From Ophelia neglecta (taxonomy: Eukaryota), in assembly GCA_965285935.1 (NCBI GenBank), contig OZ260665.1, positions 54,622,001-54,686,000 on the forward strand: a stretch of 64,000 nt of DNA, in the 5' to 3' direction. The notes beneath the pieces were generated by a model. The model worked only from the letters and a program-made list of their open reading frames with translations, was not told where the DNA came from and did not search any database. Each line of letters begins with the position of its first letter. The first letter of the stretch is position 1. Position numbers and translations under genes: made by a program. Shown piece after piece: positions 13,380-26,280 of the stretch.

Positions 13380-15575
13380 CAGACAAAGCAAAGTCAATAA
13401 TGAAGAATAGTCCATTTAAAATGTCAGAAGCAAATAAATATACATGTAATGCAAATGAAAATTGAAAACATACAATTGAAATCGATTGCAATGAATTATA
13501 GCCAATATTTTTCCATGATGCGAGTCAGAGCATAAAACAAACGAGTCACCTCGAAAACGGAATAATGAATAAAAATACATTAATAATTAACAGGGCGCAC
13601 GCAAGGAACAGAATAATGCTATATGATTCTTCTTCGTTCTTCATTTAAGAGAGAGCCCCAAATACTAACAGTAATGCTTGAGGCAGGCTAGAGCAATGAC
13701 CGCAAGTGGTACCTGCTATATGCTCTGTGTAATATAATGAAATTTACCAATGTAATGACAGGTCTTATGTAGTGAATCTACATGACCTCGGCGAAAGAGG
13801 AAATGAAAAGCATTATTAACATTCCTTCAGACATCGCCTAGATTCTTAAAGAGAAACTGTGTCGGGCGCTGGTATATTTCACAATTGAAACATTATTGTG
13901 GTTGCTGACAAAGTTGTCTATACCGCGACATCAGTCAGTGGTCAGAATGACCAGGTATCATGTCGATGGCTTTTTGAATGTAGTTTCTATTGATGGAGAG
14001 TGTTAATTCACTTAAGCATTATAATCATGCAAATCAGAAGCAAGATGCTTTTTTTATGTATCAGAAATTTGTATGAGTATTCAGACGGCTTAGTTCAATA
14101 ATTGTTACAGGCTGCTAGATACAAGCAACAAATTAGGCTTGAGTGTCCTTCTGGTACCTCTTACCAATATAAGAATGGGTTAACACGTCAACAATGACCA
14201 GGAAAAAGAAAATGGCCGCCATGTTCAGGCTTAATCCCATAACTTTGTCTTGGGATGACCTAGAAGGCAGGTTTGTGGTTTCTTTACCAATCCTTTCAAG
14301 ACCAAAGGATTTAAATATGATGTACAAGAAATAGCAGACTTCTTGAAAAATAAGATGGTCGCTATTTCAAGCACATTAGTCCAGAACAAGAGCAAACTGA
14401 CTTGAATCATGGACTATATGATGAAAACATGAAATTTGGCAGACATGTATTTTAGGGTTCCCTGAACAATTTCTGTTTCGGGCCAACTCGAAAATATCGA
14501 GAAGTCTAGTGGAAAAAACAAAATGGCTGCCATTTCCAATCTATTTAATCCAATTTTTGTGTGACTTCACCTATGTTTTTAGGTAATAAGGGAATTCAAA
14601 AAATTAAAGACATACTGGAGATCATTTTCCCTTCCAGTTTCCCAAGTCCTTTTTGTTCGATAAACACCAATTCCCATACTGCAGATTTGCCCTTATTTAC
14701 ATAGATCTACAATGCTTAAGCATAACAATTCCGATTATCATGAAGTTGTATAACCATTTGAAAAACAAATGGCTGCCTTTTTCAGCAATGTTTCCATTGA
14801 AGGCAATTCACAATTCATTGCCTACACTTTGAAGGGACATTGTCAAATACAAAAATATTGCTAGATACAAACATATAAAGTATTAAGATGGCTAGCATAT
14901 AAAGGGCAGCTACAGGAAAGGATGGAACTGATATCCATACCTGTTAAAATGTCGATATTTTCATGTCTGAAATATGGAGTTTTGAAATCAAGATAATCCC
15001 AACAATTAGCTAGTTCTGTCTAATATTTGTTTACCATGACTGAAACAAAATGTGTATCAACCTTAACTTTAGCATCCGCTTTTCGATGAGATCAATCAAC
15101 AGATTCATATAAAACGAAATGATACCCTAACTGTTAGATGTTAACAGTCTCCTTAATGAGATCAGTATATCCAATGACATGAAGGTTCTTGCCTTAGCTT
15201 TTTCACTTAGATCAATTCTTCTAAAAATGGATATGTCTTCCTTGGTAAAAAAGTGGAATGCTGCAAAGCTTTGGCAATGGTACATTGTACCATGGTATGT
15301 TATTCATTATTGAAGTCAAGCATTAATTCTCTTAGGGTATATTTTATCGTAGTCCTTCGGTGACCACAAACGTTTTATGGTCTGACTCGCATCATGAAAA
15401 TATGTTGATTACCACTCATTGAAAGGTAATATCATGTTTTAATTTTTTTTAATTCTCATTACAAGTTTATTTGTATTTGAGAACTGGGTGTTGGTGTTAG
15501 ACTGTCTTGCAGCTGACGGTCCTGGTGATGTCTGCTCGATTTATTAGACTATTCTGTATTAATGATTTTCTCTGT
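13380..15575. repeat. Decayed long inverted repeat (arms about 13380-14040 and 14690-15575); possible foldback or long-TIR DNA transposon relic
   Basis: Antiparallel collinear anchors: 13404-13412 / 15547-15555; 13514-13538 / 15372-15396 (24 of 25 match); 13561-13572 / 15300-15311; 14011-14020 / 14711-14720. Confidence 0.72.
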
Positions 15576-18500
15576 TTACTTGTTATGGTATTGGACACAA
15601 TGCTCTTTGCCTACCCAGCGGTATATCTCAGAGGGGAAGCGGCTATCCATAGAGATAAAAAAGATGCAATACATTTTGACACAGGCTAGTGCGCTTCTTG
15701 TCACTAGAGAGAACGATCTATAATCAAAAGTGATCTAAAGACAATTTTAGCCTGCAGTTAAAATCCTTGTGTGTGTTGCTTTTGAAGGAGCCGTTGTGTT
15801 TAGACTGTGCATCGATTGCATGTGATTCAGTAAATGCGATCCTTGTTACATGCTGTCATAATCAGCAAATATGGACTGATTTTTAAAACATCAAGAGAAT
15901 TTCAAACGGGAATTAGAAATATGGTGGTGAAACATTTACTACGGTATTAATTTTAATTGTGTTTCTAGATCCATGCAGTGAATATATTGCTGTCCCATTG
16001 TTGCATGGGTTAAACTGTATAACAAAGTTAACAAGTTTGTCCAATGCATTGCCATTCTGTGCCTTCTTCTTCACTCAATCTTAAGTTGGATGGATTTTAC
16101 GAAATGGCTTCCCTCTTTTCTACAATTTCACCATCGCAAGTAAAGTAGCCTCAAAGGGTAGAGATAGGGAAACTATGGACCTCCTGAACGCATATCAAGT
16201 GCCAAACTGGCAAACCATCGCCTGCAGGAACAACGGATGGCTGTGCATTAGCTTAAACTGATTTCTATCAGTAGGACCAATTCCGTTAACATCCATTCGA
16301 GTGCTCGATTCGCAGCAATCACAAGTAGGAGTGGAGTCCGGCGCAATTCGTCTCGAGACGGCACGCAACCCGCCGCCCTAACCTTCGGAGCGGTAATGCA
16401 CAACACAATATTTCCTTTAAGCAGAAACCTCCACATTAACGGCTTTGGCTGACATTCTCCTCGAGCTGGGAGTATTGGCAAACCAACTGATTTTTATTCA
16501 CAGGACGGAAGTTAAACCATCACATCTTACCAATATCTTAGGAATATCGTGCCTCTGATTTTCCATTACGTCAGTCGAGTTACTTCCAAATATTTGCCAA
16601 CGTTCGAAGCCCTTGCTGGACTGTGGCCTTAAACCATTATGTCAGCACGGTTTGAGTATCTGTTGCGCTTGCGTTCAGTAACAAGGTAACAGCCTCCCTA
16701 ATCAGTGGCACGCGGCAGGGCTAAAAGCAGACTACAACAGCCACCGTCAGAACTTGTATGCGTGAGTCGAGACATAGTGTCTTAGGTAAAGGAGAGTCCT
16801 GTTTACTCCACTGATCGATGTTTGAGCTAGGCAATAAACAATACAAGGCATCGAAAATCATTACATGCAAGCCTTGATTATCTTTGTTCAAGAATTGGGG
16901 CATAATGAATCTTACGGACATTTTCGATGCTGTTCCATTTGGATATTTTTGATAGTTGGAAGAACAACACGATCACTATAGCGGTTCTTGCCATGGACGT
17001 GACAAGTAATGAATAAAGGAAAACGACAGGTGAGACAGAAATGTTACAATCTCTCATCAAATCAGAAATTTATAATATTTCATTTACATGAAAACCCCGG
17101 AAATTTTGATTTTTGAGCGGAAAGGCTTCTTTGCAAATTTACTTCCTGCTCTTTTAAGAGAATCTATGTCTTTTTCAATCTTGAAATGTTTGGACAACCT
17201 ATATGCACTAGCGTAAACCTGGGAGCTTATAAATTATTTTTTTCGCCTAAACGGAACAACTGTTTTTTTCTCAAATGAAATAACATTCGCGAATGCCTTG
17301 TTTAATTAATATACTATTGACACAGCAATGCCTATTCATGTGTCTGATTAGTTAACCCTGGCCCCTTGATCTCCTTGCTGGAATGTATCCGAGCATGAGC
17401 TTCCACTAGGTAACAATCGCAAATTTTATCTTCCTTCTTGATAAAAGAAAAGAAACTAGATATTCAACTAGCCCAACAAATTCCGGGTTTAGAATTTTAT
17501 CGTCCAAAGAAAACCTAGAACAAACATTAACCATACGTCACTGCTTTCACAAAAATGTCAATAACAATGCAGTATGACTGACTAAATGTTAATAGCCTAA
17601 ACTTAAGATTTCTGAAAAGAGAAAGGAAACAACAATTTGATATTGTGGTGGGGAAAGAAAAGATTAGGAAAGAAACTTTTCCCCACCAAAATAATAAACC
17701 CGTTTCAGCCAAAGGCAGCAAACACTTTTTAGCAGAAACAACGGGGTTGTTTTTCCGGGCGCAGATATAAGCCTAATTAAATGCATGCTATTCCCTGAGG
17801 ATTTGTAGCAAAGTATATGAAAAGGCATTACTAACACCAGATTTATCACCATAGTAGTGGGATACAAAAACCAGGAATTAATTAGTCTGCCGTGTTCATG
17901 CAGACTAAATAGGTCCGTTCTACGGTCTTGTTTGATTATGCTCATAATGTTCCATTCACCAGTTCTGCCTCTATCACTTTCCTTTTTCAATGACTGGCAT
18001 AACCTGCAAAATGCCAATCCTTGGGTCGAGATTCAACGGTTCAATACATTTTCAAACAGAACTGGTTTGCAATTCAAATCGCATAGGCCATACGTAGCAA
18101 AAATACTCTTCAAATGCGTTTCAATGACTAAATGTAGAATATATGAAAACAAATATTTTTTTTACAGAAATATCATGCCCCAACGAATTGCAATAAAATC
18201 AGATAGGCGTTACAAGATAAATACGAGATACAATTTACTAGTTATAGTTTATTGCGGACGTGGTTGGTGTTAAAGCTTACCTTACACGTGCCACCTTAAT
18301 CCTTCAGCCCTATCTAAATCTAACCTACAGTAGCGACCGTTTAGCCACCTCTTGTTCTATATACACGTGTTTGTATCGTATTTCTTTTAAGGTTGGTATC
18401 TATGCTCTCACATATTTAGGCATTACTTGCCTATAGCTGGTCTCAAACATGATCAAACAGGAAATTTTGTGATTCCTATTTTGTTTTAATCATTTTCTGA

Positions 18501-18736
18501 ATATGGTGTGACACTTAGACAAAATTGAATTTCTGTTTTGGAAAAATTCAAAAACTAATAACTTGCGAACCCTTATTAAGACAGGCTACCGATTTGAGGC
18601 AAATACCTAAAAACGATTGGTGCAAAACTCATGATTGCCTGTTTGTTGCGTCTCGGGAGTTCCATAAGCAATGATATGATGCAAAATGACATCTCTTCGG
18701 CGGAGATTGGTAATAATTGTTAACAACGTTATCACT

Positions 18737-19158
18737 ATTATTCTACCCTATGAAACTATGAATTATTATACATTATATTTCTGAAAAGAAAGTTTAACAT
18801 TTTTAATTATCTGGCCCATTTAAACATATATCTATGGCGGTGCCTTAGAGGTAACGAATTAGCTTCATGGGCCAGATAAGCTCACCTTGCAACTTTGGCA
18901 TCTTGCCACTACTACCATACACTTCAAGTATTGAAACCGTTCTCATTGGATGAATACATATTTGCATGAATCCAATATGTTCGCCATTTTGCGAACCAGG
19001 TGACCTTTTGAAATGACCTATAATCAAGCTTTTGAGTTCAAACTTAAGATATAATTTTGATGCGATTTTATGAACTTGAGTATTTAAGAGCAATGACTTG
19101 GAATCGCTTTGAGCCTTTATTCAATCCTCGAGCCCTACTCTCCGTAGGGGTTAAATAA
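18737..19158 (+). mobile_element. Possible non-autonomous Helentron-associated (HINE-like) element
   Basis: Ends in a short hairpin CCCTAC-TCTCC-GTAGGG (19133-19149) followed by an A/T tail, starts near TTATTCTACCC, and has an internal CGCCATTTTG motif. Boundaries are uncertain. Confidence 0.3.
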
Positions 19159-19570
19159 TACTTCGTTTATCATATTGAATGAACTACGACCAACATATAC
19201 CTTAAAAGTTGAATGCCAAAAAAAACGAAGAAAAAAGATATTTTAAATAAAGTAGCTCGCAGGCTGCTCACAATTAAGGGGCTATATGTATTCGCCGTCA
19301 ACAAAACATTAATTTTATTGGAAAGGCGACATTTAAAATTGCCCTGTGAAAAACCCATAATTTGGATTATGGACGCACCAAATTGGGTGAAGAGCATAAT
19401 TGGTTTCACTCAAACCAATAAAGTATGCTAATTGATTGCCTTTATCTGTTTTGTATATTGACGTCAATAAGACCATGGTTTTCTAGATTAACAGAGAAAC
19501 TTCTTGATTTTGGATTATATATCAGGCTTTCCCCACCGATTTGCAATTGCGTTACTACTGGTTTATACTT

Positions 19571-19768
19571 ATTTGAGAGAAGAGATTGCCGCTCTAAACA
19601 GCTGACATGCTCTTTTTAAAAAAACATACTTTCAACACAATATACAGTTTCCGATCCATGGGTCGACTAATTTGAGAGAAGAGATTGCCGCTCTAAGCAG
19701 CTGACATGCTCTTTTTAAAAAAACATACATTCAACACAATATACAGTTTCCGATCCATGGGTCGACTA
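19571..19768. repeat. Tandem duplication, 2 x 99 bp
   Basis: 19571-19669 and 19670-19768 differ at two positions (CTAAAC/CTAAGC and CATACTTTC/CATACATTC). Confidence 0.93.
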
Positions 19769-22700
19769 TAACAATGTTGTAAGCATGGTAAAGACGTGAA
19801 ATTCCTGTCACGAAATAAACAACTTTTGTTGCTGTCTAAAAATAAACCTTTATCAAGCTCCCCTAAAAAACGAACACGAGTTTTCCATTGGTGGACGAAA
19901 CAAACTTCGGGATTCACAAGCAACAAACATTATTCAGAAATAATAAATTCAAAAACAAACTGTTTTGCCTAAAAATGCATCCCTCTTCTCAGTCATGCAA
20001 CTGGTCAGTTCCCATATGTCCTTTTTCTCCATTTTGAACTTCGTAAATGAAGACACTCTCTTCTAGCTGCTCAGAAAAAGATCCACTTATCCACGGTAAT
20101 CATAGTTACATGCTATCATAAGTGCGTTTTCGAAGGAACAGCTAAACTGACTATGAAGGTATTAGTTTGTGTCCCTTAAGTAATCGCATGGCTCCCCTCT
20201 TTGTCTAAACAAATACATGTTCTGTTAACTAGTCGTTAGTGAGACGCTTCATATTTCAGATTAGATTTGCTTATGTTCTGCCTCGTTATCTGTCTATTTG
20301 AAAATAGTATAGTCGTTTGGTGTAAATACTATGCAGTTGATTATTACTTTACTTAATTTACCCTATTTATCCAATAATACTAACAATGCAGAGGCAAATC
20401 CCAGGGAAAAAGATATATAATAATAAGTAATTAAATGGGTAATCTAAAGTTTTGTGTAACGTCTATAGGAGTTTATAACCTTATGGTTGCTAACAAGAAA
20501 GAACGTGGGACGCTTACGAAGGCGGATATGAATAGTTATTATGAGCTGGGGTAATTACATCTAGTTTTCTGTGGCCATAATCTCAATAGACTGCTGCATG
20601 TAAGGATCTAAATCCATTGGCAAATGAAGGTAGTGAAATACACTGCTATAACTTGCACTAAACCAATTTCCTTTTATGAGTTGTCTTGCCGACTGGCCTT
20701 TGTCAGTTACCAGCTTCTTGTGCTGAAGAGATCAAAATATCAGATGAAGAGCGTAATTAAGCGCATAAGTTCCTTTCTTATACTTAGGATGGTACAGCAG
20801 TTCATTCTCAGGAGACAAACTCCACCTTGATTTTCAAGAGAAGAATGCATTTTATATACAGCCTGTTCGATAGGTATCGACTCCTGTGTTTCGGACTACA
20901 CATGTTCGCGGGTTGTACTTATGACCAAATACATCTGTATGTTTCAGACAGCCCGAACAGTACACTCGGATAGCAGTATACAGCTTTAGGTCTTTCAGTA
21001 GTTTGTAAATAATAATAGTAAACATGCTCTTGACTCTTGGTAGCATATACATTTTATTATTGTACTTGCTAACAATACATTAAGTTCTTACGAACATGAT
21101 AAGTGAAATTCAATAGAATTAATTATGATTATTTGCATTGATTAACTAAGTCCAAAGGTAACATAAAGACTGGGGGTTTGTTTGTCTCCTTTGTCAGGTA
21201 AACTTTAAACTATTCAAAATTATGAACTAATAGTGGAAAAAAATAGGACAACACTATATATACGTAGAAGATAAAGGAAACACAATTTCCTAGCAAATTA
21301 TAACTCACCTGAGGTTCACTGCAATACAACATTTTTGAGGCTCCGATTAAAATGACCAATATTCATTTGTTGATATTATACTTCCTCTTGGAAGTTAGAA
21401 TTGATTCTTACACATACCATCGTAGTCGAAGCTTTATCTGGCATTATTTAGACAAAACCGCAACAGAGAATTCAGGGAAAAATAGGTACATATGAGAAAC
21501 AAGTAAGTGTATGTTAGCGACAGGGTTAAGGGTAGGGTTTTGCCAACAGTCCAATTTAAACATATGCCATCCTGAGCCCTGACCCTACCATACATCTATT
21601 CTATTGAACTACGTCTTAAGCACCTCGCTTGTCGTATCTTGTATTTATGCCAAACGGGGGTTAAGTGGCTTGCCGATTGATTCTCGTAAAACGTGAACAT
21701 TTAAACGGTATAAAACACGATTTATGTTCGATTAAGAAATAAACCCCTGCTACCGCAAAGAAAGAAGTGGGGTTTCTGATCTTAGAAATGGAGAAAACTC
21801 ACAATAGCTTTTAATCATATACCATTTTGCACGATGGCTTTTTCATTTAAGTCCTCTAGCATACTCGCTATCTGCATAATTTTCCATTAGGCCTATTCAA
21901 AATACGTTCAGTAGATATTAATATCTATTTTATCTATTTTATAATGGCTTGGTACTACGAATTTATGGCAAGGAAGATTTGATTTTTTGATATAGTCAAT
22001 TATCCCTCCCAAGATAGCTGTAGTCCCGTCATCTCCGCATATTGGGCTCACATTTTTGTATCTGCTGCTTTTGCTAGAGACCCAAGCAGCTTAACTTAGA
22101 TACTAGGGTTATGGATTGAAGGACAGGGTCGCTTTTCCTTCCAATGCGAATATTTTATATATGGGATCTACACTCCAGACAGAGGTCTGTATTATAAAGT
22201 GAAATTTTGAATAGAAACGTTAGAAAGAGAAAAGAAAATAGAACCTATGTTGCATTGCCTGTTACCGGAAAACGTTTAGCAAGCTCCCCCGATATGTCAC
22301 GCCCCCTTTTCCCCAGGAAATTGGTCTATTTGGAGTATATTTTGGGAACGATGGAAAAATTGTGACATTTCACCTCTCTCAACTCTCCAAAAATCACCCT
22401 GCCCACGCGGATGTCATTGCACAGTAACTGAACAGATAATTTCTTTTGAATTATCGTACATAAAAAATAACAGAGAACCTACAGTATTTAGTATCTTTCG
22501 ATCATATTAGATGCCAGCTTAAAACTCCACAGTGATTATAAAGGTAACCCAGATGTCCACACCAGCTATACACAATTGTCTTTCAGAACAGAACAGAATA
22601 AATTATGAAATGGGTGTGTATGCGTTCAAAATTACTATGTATGTAAGCGGCTTCCAGTACTACCTAACAATTCTATACAACTACTTCTTGTGAGTATTTG

Positions 22701-25059
22701 CTTTAATGCTTCTGTATGATCTATTTATTGCAATTAAAAAACAAGTAATTTTGGGTCGTTCACACAGCTATGCCTCCAGTGATCGAAATAGAAATTATGG
22801 ATAGTCATACACTCGGTGATGGCATCCGGTTTTTAAAAGTATCGTAGCTCGACAAATTAGGGTGCACTCGGTATAAGGTACCCTCGAAATTAAGTCTATG
22901 AAAAGCGCAGTACCTAACCCAAATATTCCTTAATAGCTTATTAAACTTTCGGAATACATGCTGAAAGATCATGGTAAGTGCATATTTTAAGTCCCCGGTT
23001 CACTTGTGCGTCCTTATGTATTTCTTTTTGCCAGTATATTGTAGTTAGTTCCAGACCAGAATTTATAATTTTTAATTGTTGTCAAGAACGTAGGATGGTT
23101 TGAAATAACAGTGACGGAAATACTCAATTGAAGTAATAAGTTTTGCATATAAATGCAATATTATATGTTACTTTGCCAACTGACAGAAAAACAAAGTGCT
23201 TATGGAGAATGATATGTAGGATTTACCTTTGGCTAGTCTAGAACTGGTGCAGGACGTTGGACAATCTTGTACCGTAAGTTGTTAACGTGCTTGTCTACCT
23301 CAAGCCAGTCCAACAGAGAAGACTTGTCAGATATCCTTCCGCTTGCATACTCGTCAAAAGCCTCATATATTATTTGGCGTTCTTCTTCCCAAGGAATTTT
23401 CCCTGTTCTCCGTTAACAAGGGTTTGGAATATAAGATTAGGTTGTTCTTTAATAGTAGAGTGAATATATATTTTGTTACTTGAGCTACATTAACTTACCT
23501 ATCATCCATCAGTGCTAATTGCACACATACAAACCTCCCTTGTTATATGTTTGTAGAAGCCCTGGAGCCTTATTTGACAGAATCAAGTGAGTTAGTTTCG
23601 CTCAAGACGAAATACACGTCGTTGTTGTACTGTCTAGAAGAATGCATCATTCCACACTCTATGTTGTAAAAAATGATGCAGTGTCTTTTTATTTTAAACC
23701 AGCTTTTCGTTTCTTCTTGTGTTTTGTTCGTCCTAGGCAGAGTTTTGCATGAGCTTATCCCTTTATGTCTCCCCTTCAAAACATATTTCCCTTGGGGGAT
23801 GCCCTGCAGGACATTTGTGTAAGAGCTGTAGTCTTTGTTATCAGCTATCTATAATTCCCAGCGGAGTGCGATCGCAAGCCGCGCTGATGACATCCTTTGG
23901 TATCCAGGAATAGAAAACCATTTCTTTCCCACCCAATGTGGCAAGGCTTTGTTGATATTCCAATGAAATAAAAGCCAATGTTTTGTATCATTGCTGTCGA
24001 TCACATAAGAAACAAATGAATGCATGTCTTTGTTTGTTATATAAAACAGAAGTGCATCTGAAATGTACACCCAAACTTTGGCCGATATAATTGCTAATTT
24101 CGCGAAAACATTTTATTGGTAGCATATGTATACATATTATACAATGTAATAAAGCAGAAATTAATGCCACTACAACATGCAGAATCTCAAAGGAATTATA
24201 TATCAGTACCGGTAAAAACCGCTAACCCGGTTCTTATAGACAAAAAGACATATTGCAATATATGAAAACAGGGGGACACTGAACAAAAGGACCTGAAATG
24301 ACTAAGTTTCTAGCAGTACCAGTTTTACATTCGCTAAGGTTATTATCCTGTTTACGGGGCGGCTTTGAACGCAGATAGAAATCGATATGCACCAGGGAGA
24401 GGAATGAATATCAGAGACAAACAATGCCAGTGACAATGAATAAATTTATGATCGGTTAACTTGAATTCCAGCCTGGGACAAGATGTGAGTTTTCTTTCCT
24501 GTTTCTGTGATGCACCATTACGTATACGTTATTTATTTGGAAAAAACACAAAAGAGTGATAAATTGTACGGTTTCGACGTTTGTTTTTACTGCTAGAAGG
24601 TAATTGGTGCGTACTTTGCACAAGAAACATGTAGTGCGCTGGAATTCAAATGAACCACCCCTAAATCAGTCTAGATAAATCAGGAATTTCATCTGCAATG
24701 TAACCAAAAATACCATCTCCCAGTTTTAGAACGTAAAATAAGTTTGGACCTTGTCTAAGAATTTCCAATGGGTTATTAAAGGATATTTAGGATGCTCAAA
24801 TCGATAATAACACCGTAAGCTCACCTCGTAACCCTAGTAGTAGGTCAAGACTTCATAAATTAGGTGCTATTAAAACGATTGCTAGGACATTTCGAGGATA
24901 GCTTCCGACCATGTGAGTTCCATAAAATTCATTTGTTGCCCAATGTTTTCCACGATGTGAGTCGAACCATCACCCTGCAATTGTCATAATAATGTTGCCG
25001 AGGATGTAGTTTAGTTTAGGATGGAGTGTCTGAGCTCTCCAGACTATGGTTGTTATTGT

Positions 25060-26280
25060 AAACTTTTATTGACTTTATTTCTGACTCATGCAAAGGCAAT
25101 AAAAATTATGTACAAATACACAACCATGTACAATTAGGAACACATATTTACAAAAGACCAATTATATACAATATTTACCATTATAAAATACACATTAAAT
25201 ATTAACGAATAGAACTTGGTGGTAAATACATGATTAGAGAGGTCATAATAGAGGATCATAAAATACTGGGGCAAGTCATAAAAGAATGTCTTATACAATA
25301 GAATAAACACATCTTAGTTGAAAGTGTGCCGATTCACTTGCGCCCTGTATGAACCTTATAGTATTAACTAGTAAGTTTGCCGAAATTTGCAAATGCAGAG
25401 GTGTCTACATATTTAACCAACCAGTTTAAAATGATTTGATACCAGAAGACTATACCTAAATAAAATGTTCATACATGGTTTCCTTTTCCATTTTCTTTGT
25501 TGCAGTGGCATACTGAAATTTTGCGAAGAAAATAGACGTAACTTTATTTTCTAATTGGTATATAAAGTTGCATTCTTCTTCAATCTGTAAAGCACACAGG
25601 GCACAATCTCTCGTTGACAGAGATGTTGACCAATTTCAATTGGCAACTTTCCAAAGCTGTTTCACGTGCTTTTGAATCGAAAATATATATTTAAAACCTT
25701 GTTGACATAGGTATGCGCAATTTTGCTTACCTGTTAATGCCATAATTTCATTGATAAACCATCCTAGATATTTCATTTATTTTCACGTTCTATAGGTTTG
25801 TCCCCAAATAGATATAGATAGTAATGTATCTCTCTGTATACGACCAATGGAATATGGAAACGATCATGTGTACAGTTTAGAGAAACATAGTATTAGTCTG
25901 TATAATAAAATGCTGGAATAAGGTTGATTCCCTCAGTGAAGTGAACCATAGTCATATATGTTTCGACTGAAATCTGCAAAACTCCTGCACTTTTCGTCTA
26001 ACAGCGGTTTTAAAGCATTCGATACATATACCTGAACCTAACACTCAATATAAGTGTGTTTGGACTGTCTTTTTATCCCAGTATAAGAGTTTAATGTTGG
26101 TTTTTATCAATATTTACATTCGTTTGCTGTATCTAACCGGGGAAATTGTCTATTTAGATCAAACTTTTATCTATGCATATAGTTAAAAAGTGCCGGTGCA
26201 CGATTAGTGAGGTTGTCCTATTCTTCAACTCAGCATTACCATATAAGGTGGAAACTACAAATGAGTACGTTTATAGTGGG
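25060..26280 (-). mobile_element. Degenerate 3' end of a non-LTR retrotransposon (LINE ORF2 C-terminus plus 3' UTR)
   Basis: The minus strand gives, across frameshifts, KLPIEIG (25649-25629), ERLCPVC (25612-25592) and IEEECNF (25584-25564). This matches the LxIExGR...ERxCxxC...EDExHF C-terminal motif of CR1/Crack/RTE-X-type ORF2. The element ends in AAATAAAGTCAATAAAA on the minus strand near 25063-25080. Confidence 0.6.

Noticed and set aside
15190-15280. Minus-strand AFHFFT..D.S.F, resembling the HAFTGCD helix-turn-helix motif of some DNA transposon proteins
   Set aside because: It needs several frameshifts, key residues are missing, and it falls inside the inverted-repeat arm.
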